From: the human T2T-CHM13v2.0 reference genome, Homo sapiens
DNA length: 64,000 nucleotides
NCBI RefSeq assembly: GCF_009914755.1
Contig: NC_060930.1
Strand: one strand, 5' to 3'
Below are positions 50,731-64,000 of this stretch, piece by piece. The notes beneath the pieces are model-generated. The model searched no databases. It was given only the letters and a program-made list of their open reading frames with translations, and was not told the DNA's origin. Position 1 is the first letter of the stretch. Each line of letters starts with the position of its first letter. A program made the position numbers and the translations under genes.

Positions 50731-50968
50731 ACACAAAAGAATAGTAATAGTAAGTTAAAAACAAAGAAAACACAAGTAATAAATGTAGCTACAAGTGAAA
50801 ATATTTTAACTATATTTTTTATAATTGTATAAAATCCATTTATATAATGGATTTATACTATCCATTATATTTTTCAAATACCAATAAACTCGAAAACCTC
50901 CATGAAACAGACAATTTTCCAGAGAAATATAAATGGCCAAGGAGCAGTAGAAAGCCTGAATAGACTAA

Positions 50969-51367
<399 letters not shown>

Positions 51368-51569
51368 TAAGTTAAGACTTTGTTGACACTAACATGAACT
51401 ACGAAAAGGAATTTAAGCAGCTCTCATAACCTGTGCCTACAGGCAGTTAGCATCTGGTTATTTTTACAAATATGAAAACCTTTACTAAATTTGTTCTGTT
51501 TTTTAAAAAATTAAATACTATAACAATTGATATAATAAAGGCATCACCTTCACATCCAGTGGCATTCTT

Positions 51570-52158
51570 TTTTTTTTTTTAATTTTTTTTTCTTTTATTA
51601 TTATACTTTAAGTTTTAGGGTACATGTGCACATTGTGCAGGTTAGTTACATATGTATACATGTGCCATGCTGGTGTGCTGCACCCACTAACTTGTCATCT
51701 ACCATTAGGTATATCTCCCAATGCTATCCCTCCCCCCTCCTCCCACCCCACAACAGTCCCCAGAGTGTGATGTTCCCCTTCCTGTGTCCATGTGATCTCA
51801 TTGTTCAATTCCCACCTATGAGTGAGATTATGCGGTGTTTGGTTTTTTGTTCTTGCGATAGTTTACTGAGAATGATGATTTCCAATTTCATCCATGTCCC
51901 TACAAAGGACACGAACTCATCATTTTTTATGGCTGCATAGTATTCCATGGTGTATATGTGCCAGATTTTCTTAATCCAGTCTATCATTGTTGGACATTTG
52001 GGTTGGTTCCAAGTCTTTGCTATTGTGAATAGTGCCGCAATAAACATACGTGTGCATGTGTCTTTATAGCAGCATGATTTATAGTCCTTTGGGTATATAC
52101 CCAGTAATGCGATGGCTGGGTCAAATGGTATTTCTAGTTCTAGATCCCTGAGGAATCG
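51570..52158 (-). mobile_element. L1PA2/PA3 3' end
   Basis: Reverse strand aatgagatcacatggacacaggaaggggaacatcac; perfect 15-bp TSD tccagtggcattctt at 51555-51569 and 52159-52173. Confidence 0.95.
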
Positions 52159-52356
52159 TCCAGTGGCATTCTTAATTACATTAAATTTATAGTTTCCTTT
52201 GCCTTGGAATGCTCACTTCATAGAGACCATGCTTTTCAAGTTTCCAGATATAATAATAAATGTCCAAGTTGTACTTGATTAGAAAATACAGGGGGAAAAT
52301 CCTATAGGAAGTAAAAGGAAAGTTCTTCTTTCAGTATTCCAGGTATCTAAGTGAAA

Positions 52357-52405
52357 GAGAGAATGAGAGAGAGAGAGAGAAAAAGAGAGAGAAAGCAAGA
52401 GAGAT
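52357..52405. repeat. (GA)-rich microsatellite
   Basis: Direct reading. Confidence 0.85.
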
Positions 52406-52518
52406 ATAGAAGGAACTAAAACTCTCTTAAAGTACAGTTAATAATAATAACATACAGTCAATAAAAGCTATTAATAATAATATATAGTGAATAAGAAACT
52501 ATTAATCCTGATTGTCAC

Positions 52519-53137
52519 TGTGGTAGGCAAAATAATGCCCACCCCCTCCAAAGATGTTCAGCCCTAATCCTGGAACCTGTTGATATGTTACCCTACACAG
52601 AAAAGGGCCTTGGCAGGTATAATTGAGGTTAAGAATCTTAAAATAGGGAGATTGTCCTGAATTGCCTGGGTTGGCCCAATCTAATCACATGAGCTTTTAA
52701 AAGACAGCTTGCCCTGGCTAGAGACAGAGATGCAACAGAAAGGAAGGTCAGAGACACCAAGTGTGAGCAGGATTTGACACCACAACCATTGCTGATTCTG
52801 AGATATAGGGGACAACATGCAAGGGCAGCAGGGAGATCTCTGGGAGCTGAGGGCTGCCCCTGGACTACAGACAGCAAGGAAACAGGGGCCAGGATCTCAC
52901 AACAACAAGGACCCAAATTCTGCCAACCACCTGAATGAACTTGAGTGTGGATCCTTCCCCAGTGCCTCCAGAACATAATGCAGCTCTGCTATCTTGATTT
53001 TACTCTGGTGCAACCCTTAGCAGAGAAACCAGCTGAGCCACACTGCATCCAGACTTCTTACCAACAGAAACAACAGGTGCTGTTCTAAGCCGCTAAATTT
53101 GTGGTCATTTGTATTGCAACAATAGAAACCTACTACA
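52519..53137 (+). mobile_element. MLT1D/E solo LTR
   Basis: tgtggtaggcaaaataatg...aattctgccaaccacctgaatgaactt...gcaacaatagaaacctactaca. Confidence 0.9.
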
Positions 53138-54110
53138 ACCACCAACCAAAATAGCAAATATAAAGCCAAGATGACCTTACTCTACACACACCAAAGAAAG
53201 CCTTCAAGTGTTCCCAAGGCTATCCCCATGATTTGGAGTAGGCATTTTCCAATACTGAACTCACCAACACGAAGACATTTTCCATCATGTTAGCCTCATC
53301 TTTACTCCCATGTGTTAGCACATTATGATGAAATGAAACCACTGCTTCGTTCTACTGGCATTTCACCATATGGTAGTGGATCTGTGTTTGCTATTATGTG
53401 CCAGATGGCATTGGGACACCAACCACTTACAGTGTCATCTAAAACATAGAGACAAACAAAAATTGAGGAATCCCTGCTGTAGAAACTGGATACAAGAAGT
53501 TTCATGAGTATGTTAGGATTCATGATATTTAATTTGAACTGACCATGAGCCCGTTTTAAGACTTCTGTCCCAGTGTGAGTCTGACCCCTAAATTATACCA
53601 CCACAACACAGTGCTGAAACCTTCTTTGTTATCTGTGATACCTTTACCAATCAGAGAAAGCAATTTAAAATACTCAGGTTCTCAGCCATCTGTCATTATT
53701 AATGCCCAATTTTATTATGTAACTTCCTTGGAAAGTTTTGATGGTATGAGATCTTTCTGACACACAGCTACAAGTTGATAAAAAGGCACATATTTTACCA
53801 TGTGACATTTCATATTGGTTTGCATCTGATACAAGGTGAAAGATTTGGAGGATCGAGAAACTTCCTATCACAAGCTATTCACATGCTATTTAGCTATCAT
53901 AAGCTATTTAGCTACTTAGCATTAGCTATTTATTTATTGTCAACATGAACTATTTGCCATAAATATGACTTTTTAAAATATAATATATTGTTATAGATTT
54001 CTATATCACATGTGCTGGTGACATCACATGGAAACCAACCAGGAATATTTTTCAGCTAGATGGGAAGGGTCTTGTCCTGGAGTTTAAGGTCAGGATACAA
54101 GGATACTATA

Positions 54111-54253
54111 AGCCAAGCACAGTGGCTCATGCCCATAGTCCCAGCTACTCAGGAGGCTAAGGTAGAAGGATCCCTTGATCCCAGGAGTTCAAGTCCAGCC
54201 TGGGTAACATAGTGAGACTTTGGCTCTAAAAAATAAAAAGAAAGAAAAGAAAA
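54111..54253 (+). mobile_element. FLAM-type Alu monomer
   Basis: Single arm plus A-rich tail; degenerate TSD aaggatactata/aaggatgatata. Confidence 0.85.
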
Positions 54254-55007
54254 AGGATGATATAGACAAAAGGTGGCCTGTTAAGAGAATGCCAAAGATC
54301 CACATGTTACTCTATGATCAAGAACAGGAGTCAGTCCTTCTAAATTGACTTATAAGTCTTGACAGTCTCCATTGATAGAGAGCTGGGGATTTATGAGAAA
54401 ATCCTACTCTGAGAATTTTTCATAATTTTGCTACTGTTAATTAAGGTAGAAAAAAAAGGATTTCTGCATCAGTACTTAAGCATTCCAAGACTGTCATTAT
54501 AGGTCCAGAACACAGGATGTCTAGACTAATATATAACCTCTCAAGAAAATTAACTGCAAGAGACATCCTTCCTGATGTACAATCACAAGAAATATTTTCT
54601 GTTTAATCATCTGGCATTAACTTTTTTTTCAGCAACACCTGTTGAAGACTAACTAAGTACCCAATGTGAAGGCAACACACACTTAGTTCATTTTAAGTTA
54701 AGAAGTAGAGTCACTTGGAATTTCTGTACTCACACATACAGGACAGAAATAGCCTAACAACCAAGTACCAACTAAGTGGTTACAATTTGATATGACTTTT
54801 GGGAAAAAGGGTGCTAAGAAATGCTGTGTGTTATAATTTCTTTTGTGTTTCTTTCTCTGTGTTGATTACCCCAGAGCAATTTTACAGCAAGAAAGTGATG
54901 ACTTGTTAAAGAACTCTTCTTTCCTTTTCTGTTTATCACTGTTCTCAGCAGAGGTGAGAGATGCTTCATATGGGTACTAGAACTTGACAAACTCTGTTCA
55001 TTCTTTT

Positions 55008-55117
55008 TTCTTTTTACATGTAATTGAATTTTTTTTATTATACCTTAAGTTCTGAGGTACATTTGCAGAACGTGCAGGTTTGTTACATAGGTATACACGT
55101 GCCATGGTGGTTTGCTG
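55008..55117 (-). mobile_element. Very short L1PA8-like 3' end (about 110 bp)
   Basis: gcagaacgtgcaggtttgttacataggtatacacgtgccatggtggtttgctg; 16-bp TSD ctctgttcattctttt at 54992-55007 and 55118-55133. Confidence 0.92.
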
Positions 55118-55562
55118 CTCTGTTCATTCTTTTACAAAACAAAAATTTTTTAATATTTACTGTGTGCCAGATGATGTAAGAAGAAAACTGCAAAAGATAG
55201 AGTTTCCACTTAAAAAGTAGGATCTCACAGCTTATAAAAAGATTCTTGCATATACATTTATAATGACTAGAATATCTACAACAAATATCATGTCTCTATT
55301 TTATGAATAAGTTCACATGAGGAATTTATTATGGGCCCGTCCATGTTTCTATATTTCATAATTTTTTTAAAAATTACATCCTCCAGCATTTCCACACACT
55401 TCTAAAGCATTCCACATTAGAAGTTTTATATTTATTTCTTTCATAGCACACATTTTAAATAAGCTTCTACCAGAGACGGAAACACATAGTTCAGTTAGAA
55501 CACTAACTCTCGATCATACTATAAAATAGATTCTTTCTATGGAGGTGTTTTATAGACTTTCC

Positions 55563-56087
55563 CTGTCCAATATTTCAGCTACCACAAGTTGAACATTCTT
55601 AATGTGACAATCCAAACTCTGAAATGCTCCAAAATTCAAAACCTTTTGAGCACTGACATCACAATCTCAGTGGGAAATTACACACCTGACCTCATGTACA
55701 CAAACTTGGTTTCACGCACAAAATTATTTAAAATATTATATAAAGTTGCCTTCAGCTTACATGTATAAGGTGTATATGAAACATAAATGAATTTTGTGTT
55801 TCAACTTGGGTCTCAACCCCAGTGTATCTCAGTATAAATATTCCAAAATTTGAAAAAAGTTGAAACTGGAAATACTTCTAGTCTCAAGCATTTTGGATAA
55901 GGGATACTCAATCTGTAATGATACATGGCTATTTAAATTTAAATTCTTTAAAATTAAATAAAGTTAAAAATGCATTTCCTCATTTGCCTTTGCGGTAATC
56001 ACATTTCAAGTGCTCAATAGCTAGCAGCTGCTATGATGGACTGCAGAGATTATTATCTTCATCACAGAAAGTTCTACTGAACAGCAC
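55563..56087. mobile_element. MER3/MER33-like hAT element split by Tigger4b
   Basis: ctgtccaata at 55563; resumes with atggctatttaaattt...cacatttcaagtgctcaatagc...catcacagaaagttctactgaacagc. Confidence 0.75.
55585..55915. mobile_element. Tigger4b (MER46B)
   Basis: caagttgaacatt...gaaatgctccaaaa...caagcattttggataagggatactcaatctg followed by TA. Confidence 0.8.
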
Positions 56088-57097
56088 ATTTACGGTTGTC
56101 ACTTATAATTATCCTTACCCACAAAGGATAATATTTTCTTGGCCTAATGTCTTAGCCTTTAAGTACAATTGTAGGCTGCAAAGGAGGTGTGAGAAGATAT
56201 ACACCAACACTTATTGTTACCTAAGGGAACTGATGCTTAGAAAGTTTTAGTTGACAGAAAGATCACTCCTGAGGTTTTCCTCTAGATTCAGAAGTCCCTC
56301 TTGCATTAAAATTTTTAGCCTTTTGTTCCCTGACAGAAGAATGGTGGCTGATTGAAATCAAGGGCTCGGACGATCAGATTTTATCTACTATGACAGTGCT
56401 TATTGATTTGTAATAGCTGCTTGATTCACGCTCTTGAGCTCAGAGAGAAAAAGTGGTTTGATATATTAATGATGACTTGCAGGTCAAGAGTTGATGTCAC
56501 GCTTGCCAGGCATTTTCTATCACTGCAAGTATGAGCTAGAAACTAATATAGCTGGCAACTAATATGTATACACGGAGTAGTTAGAAGCACATGCAGAAGT
56601 AAGACAGTGTGGAGGCAGGCACTGATATATTTCATATCCTCTAATGGAAAAATCATTCTTCAGTTTGGGCTCTGGTACTTTAGAGGGATAGAGAGAGAAC
56701 TCTGGTGATAAAAAGAAAAACTTTAAATTACTCTCTTACTCATTCCCTAAACCCTGAATAACCCAGTCCACCTTCTCTCCATCTTTTATAAGAGATATGA
56801 GTCCTGACTGAAGCAAAAAAAAAAACACTCTTTGGAATGGGTCTAAGAGACAAACTATAAAATAACTTTCCAAGAGAATCTTTTATGGAGAACGTAAAAT
56901 GTCACCTCTTTTTGCAGGAGTCCAGAAATATGTTTTCTTAAAAAACAGAAGACATATGAAAAGACTGTTTCAGGGCACATGATTCTGCAGTAGTCTCTAG
57001 AGAGATTTATGAAATACAATTTCTCATTCTTAGAATGTTGCCTATCCATTGTGTAAGTTCCTAGTGCACTCTGTCCCTAGAAAAATAATGTATCATT

Positions 57098-57385
<288 letters not shown>

Positions 57386-57967
57386 TGTATTATTTTGCTC
57401 ACACACACAGAAAGGCAGTCTGAGATCTGCTTTACCTTTAATTTTCTATGTGGAAGGTTTGCTTTTATACATTTCAAAGCAAATTTCCAGCCTTTTCCAT
57501 ATAAAGCTCCTTGTTGAAAGCTCTGGTTCAGCCACTGTGAAGTTACTCAGAGGTTGAATCCAGTTTAAGAGTTGAATGGGAACTTAGCTTTACTTTCACT
57601 TTTCTATAGAATTTTGTCCATTATACTATGGACCATACATTCACTGAAAGAAAAAAAAATGTAAATCTCCTTTTTCCTCTTCGTTAGCAATGCTTATAGA
57701 ATATATTGGTTAAACGAGTTTCTTTGATAAACTGTGGTTTTTCAATAATCTCTATAAAATTGTTCTCTATTTTCTGGGATAACAAAGAGTTTGCAGTATG
57801 AAAATAGAAGTAATTTCTAAAGTAAGTATTTAAAGAAAAAATTCTCTAGAAGACTCAATATATAATTGAATATTTGCTTCATTTGTGTGATCAGGAGCAT
57901 ATATATACACATTCATATAGAAGAAACATTAACATATATATATAGATAGATATATAGAGATATATAA

Positions 57968-58258
<291 letters not shown>

Positions 58259-58599
58259 GAAAAAATATATCTAAGGAAAATAATTTAATTTGGTTCTTGT
58301 TGAAATGTTTACATTATTAAGATTTTTTTGCTCTAAGTTATAATTTGGTCCCACAGTTCATGATGGCATCATTCTGACAATCTTATTTCAATTAATTAAA
58401 GGCAATTCACCATTTAATAACGAAAATTCTTTGACGGCCTAAATCAAACTAGCAGGTATTAATCCACAACAATGTGGCTGCTAGATGATGGGCCTCTCCA
58501 TGTTTCTTAAACATACACACTAGTTATAAAACAAGAACAAGAGTGACATAGAATAATGCACAGCCCTTCTACTAGCCAGATATTTCAGCATGCACAAAA

Positions 58600-59760
58600 G
58601 TGAATGTCTGAGGATTTATAGGTGTACTTTAAAAATTCAAAATATAAAACATAGAAGAAAATATAGGAATTTTTAATAATCTTGGAGTGGAGAAATAACC
58701 AAAATAGTCACTAAAGAGCGGTGGTTTTAAAAAAGTTATACATCTAGTCTATGCAATGTTATGCAGCTTTGAAAAAAACTACAGGAGGTAAAGTCTTGTG
58801 TGAGAAAACATCAAATATAATAATAAATATAATATGGTCCTACATGAAATATGTATGTAGTGTGTCAACATATATACACACATATATAATATCTGTCTGT
58901 AAAGCTTGTATATAAAATGAAGAATGCCTATATGAAGAGTATTTTTAATATGACATTTGAATGTTTTAATTACTAACCTTTCTCCAAAAACATGTATTAA
59001 AAAAAAATAAAACAAGGATAGACTTAAAGATTTAACCTGGAGATGCAAGTGGAATGTCCAACTTTTAACATTTACTGAGCGCTTGCAATGTGGCAGATAT
59101 TAAATGAACATGTAAAGGGTGAATGATTATATTTCATGTAAATAATTATATTTACACAAAATGTAAATTTGTTCATTTAATCCTTATAGATCTGCAGGGC
59201 ACAGTTAATAATTATATTTCATATATGAGATAACTAAGATTCATAGTGGTTGGCTAATTTGTCCACAGTTACACAGCTGATAAATGCCAACATGGATGCC
59301 TGATCAGTCTGACACCAAATTCTCTCTCTTTTGTGATGAATAGGTAAGAACTGTTTTATATTAACATATCAAAGCACCAGCTTATGAGAGTTGGTGTCTG
59401 CTTACTGAATTATGGTGTTTTATATATCTATATATGGTTATTTCCAAAGTACTTGAAAGTGTTCATTTAATTCAAGTATATCAATGCATATTGAATGCTT
59501 TGTATTAGGCACTACGCTAGGTCATAAGAACAAAAAGATGACTAAGAGGTTGTGTAGGTCCTCAAGCAGCTCAGTCCAGCAGAAGAGAAAAGGAAATAAA
59601 CAAATATTTACAAAAACGCCATCCTAAATACCATGTAGTCAAGGTACAAAGTGCTTTGGTGGAAAGAAGGTGGCCTATTATTGGGGGGAATACATGCCAG
59701 TTGAAAACCTGTTTATAAGATCTATTTACTTAGCAAGCTTTTTCTACATACCATTTGGAA
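58600..59760. mobile_element. Old L1ME, MIR and L2 fragments
   Basis: L1ME-like 3' motifs at about 58600-58960; MIR-like core at about 59200-59320; L2 tail at about 59460-59700. Confidence 0.5.
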
Positions 59761-62739
59761 CAGAATCTTAATATAAATTTTAATCAATTCCCAAATAGTG
59801 GATTTAAAATTTTTAAATGGTATCGTCATTAAGACTAACATTTAAGTGTATTTCACAAACAGCCTAACACACATTCTAGCTATTCTAAAAGGAAATAAGA
59901 CCAATCATATAACATAGATAATTTTTTTAGAAAAAAAATTAGAGGAGAATGGAGGGGACATTCCTCTTTTAGTCATATGTTCATGAAATTCTTGAATGGT
60001 TATATAATAATTTATTGCCCTGTTAGTTTGGTTTTACAGGAAAAATTAAGAATAGAATATGACTGATTAACTCCTATCTGGAGTCTCTTCTCCACCTACA
60101 ATTTCATGTGAACATCTATCAGACTCCACAATATGAATTAAATTAAGAAACATCAAAAAGTTTCTTTATTTTGCATGTTTTGCTCATAAATTACAGAAAG
60201 TTGAGAGTTGCACCGACCTTTTTAAAACATGATAATATTTTGAATGCTTAGATGTAAGTTACACCATATTAAAATATTTTAGTAATAATATGAGGAATAT
60301 TTAAGGTTCTAATCAGTTCTTCTCATAGACAATACATATATTTTTCAATATTAAAAACAAAATCTTACTGCCAGTAAAATTATAGCACTCAAAATTCTGC
60401 TATTTTCTTAAGAAATTTTTAATTAAAACTTATTTTTATTCCAAACAAAATGGTGATAGCTCCATTTTTTGTTATCTGCTTAAGGTATCCTTTATAGAGT
60501 ACTGTATAAACATACTACCATACTACCAAGAGACAAAAGGCAGGACAAATGATTCTTCCTTTGTACCACTCCAGTTGGCCTTTCTTTGATGGGCAACTAC
60601 AGGGCTAATTCTCTCCTATATCTCTGTTCCTGTCTATTCTATTCCTAATTCAGTGGTCCCATAAACTGAAGTTGGGCAACCTAAGAGGAGGGAGGGGTAA
60701 CTGGCATTGGAAACAAATGTGTTACTTAAGAAAGTATGTTGGAGATCAGATCAACCTCTTGATTAATACATCATTGTAGATGTCTCTTAACTCCATAAAA
60801 TAGAGGACTTCACAACCATTCTTTTACTGTAATTAATGTTTTAGATTTCAGCTAAAAATCATCAGAGAGTAATCACCAGACCATAAGAATTAGGCATAGT
60901 CTTTTCATGGACTAATTTTATCTGTAAAGTGGGAAAGCTAAACTTGATCATCTTTAAGGACTGGCTCTTAAATTTGTGAGGTCTTGATGCTCAGGAATTA
61001 GGTAAAACATTTGTCTGCTCTTATGTATCAGGAATGTTTCTCTTCTTTATGCAGAAAGTATATAATTCTAAGCATTTTAACTTCTATTTTCATAAAAGAG
61101 TCAGGTAAATAGTCCATTAACACAGTAGAAGATTTAGAAGATTATTGGGCAGATTCCTATGACTTTCTGTGCCCCTAATAAAATATTAGCAAACTGAATA
61201 AAACAAAATAATAAAGACATACTAAACAAGCTAGGCTGTTTGTGAGTAGGTGAAGCAAACAGCAACCTAAGTTTTATTGTTTGAGAAAAACCAACACAGT
61301 CTCTCCTCCCGTCTTCCTCTCTATAAATAGACAGGTATAGGTGCATAAATATATTCATATATCTCAAATATGTACATTGCAAAAAAGATGGGAAGCAAAT
61401 GAAACAAGTTGTCAAGAGTAGTTACCCCTGGATGGTGAACTACAAATGATTGTTATCTGGTTCTCTCTACTTTTTCTGCACTTCCTAAATTTCCCACTAT
61501 TTATAATTTTAAAAATATATTTAGATACCACTAATTTGTTTCTACTAATAGCCCCCAGATGTGGGATGCTTGACATTTTTAGCAAGAAATAATTTTAAAT
61601 AATTTTAGCATACAAGAGCATCTATGGCTTAAGTGCCTATAAGCAAGAAATGTAAGAAGTTTGATTTAAATACAGAAAAAGCTAACTTCACATGCCACAA
61701 AGGGGCACTTACAACAAGAAAAAAAAGTGTACTCTGGTACAAAGTGATGGTTGGTGGGAAGTTTACACTTCATAGTTTATATCAAGAGATTAGCTATGTC
61801 AATTTTGTAAGACCTACTCATTGCATGATGTATTGAACAAAGAGAAAAAAAGTATAAATCATCCATTGACTATTTGTGGGGTATTTAGAAGGAATTAAAG
61901 TAGAAATCTAAGGCATTTATTTTAATGTCATATTTTAGACTCCAGATTCAGAGAAGCCCAGTTCCTTGGAACCCTACTCGCCTTTAAGAAAAGATTACAC
62001 TTACTGATGCGACAGGGTGTCTATACACATTGATGTGACACAATGAAATAGAAACTATAAAGCAACAGAAACATATGATTGGGTTTCATAAAGATGTGAA
62101 GGTGTTCGCACTCAACACGGACGCTGGGATTGAGCTGGTGTCCTCTTCTCCCTCCTCTCATTGCTGCACTTGAGATAAATAGAATCACAGAATTAGGAAA
62201 ATTGCAGAGCTATGTTATGGAAACTAATTTGCAATTTCCAAAGAGAGTTACAGAAGAAAAAAAAAGTTAACTGCTTCTTCAGCCTTCCATAAATTATGAG
62301 TGCTTGATTAGAGAAGCAAGAGGCCAGAGAAACAGAGGAGTGGAGAAGAGGACTCCACAGATGAGCTTCTCCAGGAAGGTGAATGATGCCCCGTGATCTG
62401 GAGAAGGTCATGGATTCTAAACCAACAGTTGTTGGGAACATTCCGTGAGAACATGTGTCTTCTTTTGGATAGATACGACTGACAAAAAAAAAAAAAAAAG
62501 AGTCAACCTTCTGTTGCAACATGTGCCATAGAAGGCTTTTGAAGCTTTTACCTCATTATGACTGAAGATCTTGTCTGGGAAAATCATCAGAAGAAAGTAT
62601 CTATGCTACTTGATTAATTGGAGGAAATGTTGAACATTTATTGACTTCAACTAAGTATGTGTTCAGATATTTCCTGTTTTTTTTTCCATGTTGGGGTGAG
62701 TAAATCTTTAGAATAGGTGATATTTTATTAAAAAGCAAC

Positions 62740-63319
<580 letters not shown>

Positions 63320-63399
63320 TAATGTGACTCATGTTAATGATATACCTATTATTCCTATTTTATGAAGAGCTCTTTTAAAGAATGGATCAAAAATATTGC

Positions 63400-63760
63400 T
63401 GGTTTTCATTAGTGAGAAAGCTTATATGATTTTTTTCTTCCAGTTTAAAATGTGAGAATTATTTCAGGATTTTTCCTAATATTGAACCATTTTTAAATTG
63501 CTGGCATCATGGTTTTTTTTTTCCCTTAATGTGTTGCTGGATTCAATCTTCTCATTTTATCTCCTATGTTTGCAGTTATTCATAAGTAAAATTGCCCTGT
63601 GGTTTTATTACGATACGTTATTTATGTCAAGTTTTGTTTTCACTTCTCTTTTTGTTTAAAAAAAAAAATCTTTGTTCATGCTTCACAACACATCAAATAG
63701 TTGTGGTATCATTTATTGCTTAAATTTGGGGAGACAATTCACCTAAGAAAAAAATAAAAA
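63400..63760 (-). mobile_element. Old L1M ORF2 fragment
   Basis: aatattgaacca, tgttgctggattca, gagacaattcacct motifs. Confidence 0.55.
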
Positions 63761-63804
63761 GTAAAGTTTCTCACATCTGAAGAATATGAAAATTGTCTCA
63801 TTCT

Positions 63805-63903
63805 TTTTAGAGACAGACGGCCGGTCTCAAACTTCCAGGTTCAAACCATCTTCTTACTTCAGGCTTTTGAGTAGCTAGGACTACAAGTGCACCACCAGGC
63901 CGG
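63805..63903 (-). mobile_element. Diverged Alu monomer (FLAM-like)
   Basis: ggtctcaaact...gagtagctaggactacaagtgcaccacca. Confidence 0.7.
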
Positions 63904-63911
63904 GTATGCAT

Positions 63912-64000
63912 CTTTTTTTTTGAGACAGAGTCTTGCTCTGTCTTCCAGGCTGGAGTGCAGTGGTGCCATCTCGGCTCACTGCAAGCTCCGCCTCCCGGGT
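63912..64000 (-). mobile_element. AluY, cut by the window edge
   Basis: T tail, then ctcggctcactgcaagctccgcctcccgggt (AluY diagnostic). Confidence 0.9.

Overview
Primate, almost certainly human, genomic DNA. It is AT-rich and repeat-dense (Alu, L1, L2/MIR, MaLR/ERVL/ERV1 LTRs, Tigger/hAT DNA transposons). I found no host protein-coding exon or RNA gene that I can support; the longer ORFs are TE remnants or chance ORFs. The main feature is a ~5.3 kb HERV-H provirus (5070-10413, +) of the common internally deleted type. Its 3' LTR7 is intact, but the 5' LTR and primer-binding site have been cleanly removed while both ACCCT target-site duplications remain. This leaves a host CCAAT box and TATA box directly in front of the HERV-H leader and its splice donor. 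A second complex region (40.6-46.9 kb) is a nested TE stack. In it, an MLT1 LTR plus MaLR internal sequence is capped by an MLT2 LTR instead of a second MLT1 LTR, and it carries L1PA, MER66 and a near-complete Tigger3. Smaller oddities are an inverted duplication and possible templated insert in an MLT2A microsatellite, an ancient local duplication, and motif clusters and exon-like segments in unique DNA. Repeat family calls come from recalled consensus sequences, not a database search, so subfamily names and old-repeat boundaries are approximate.
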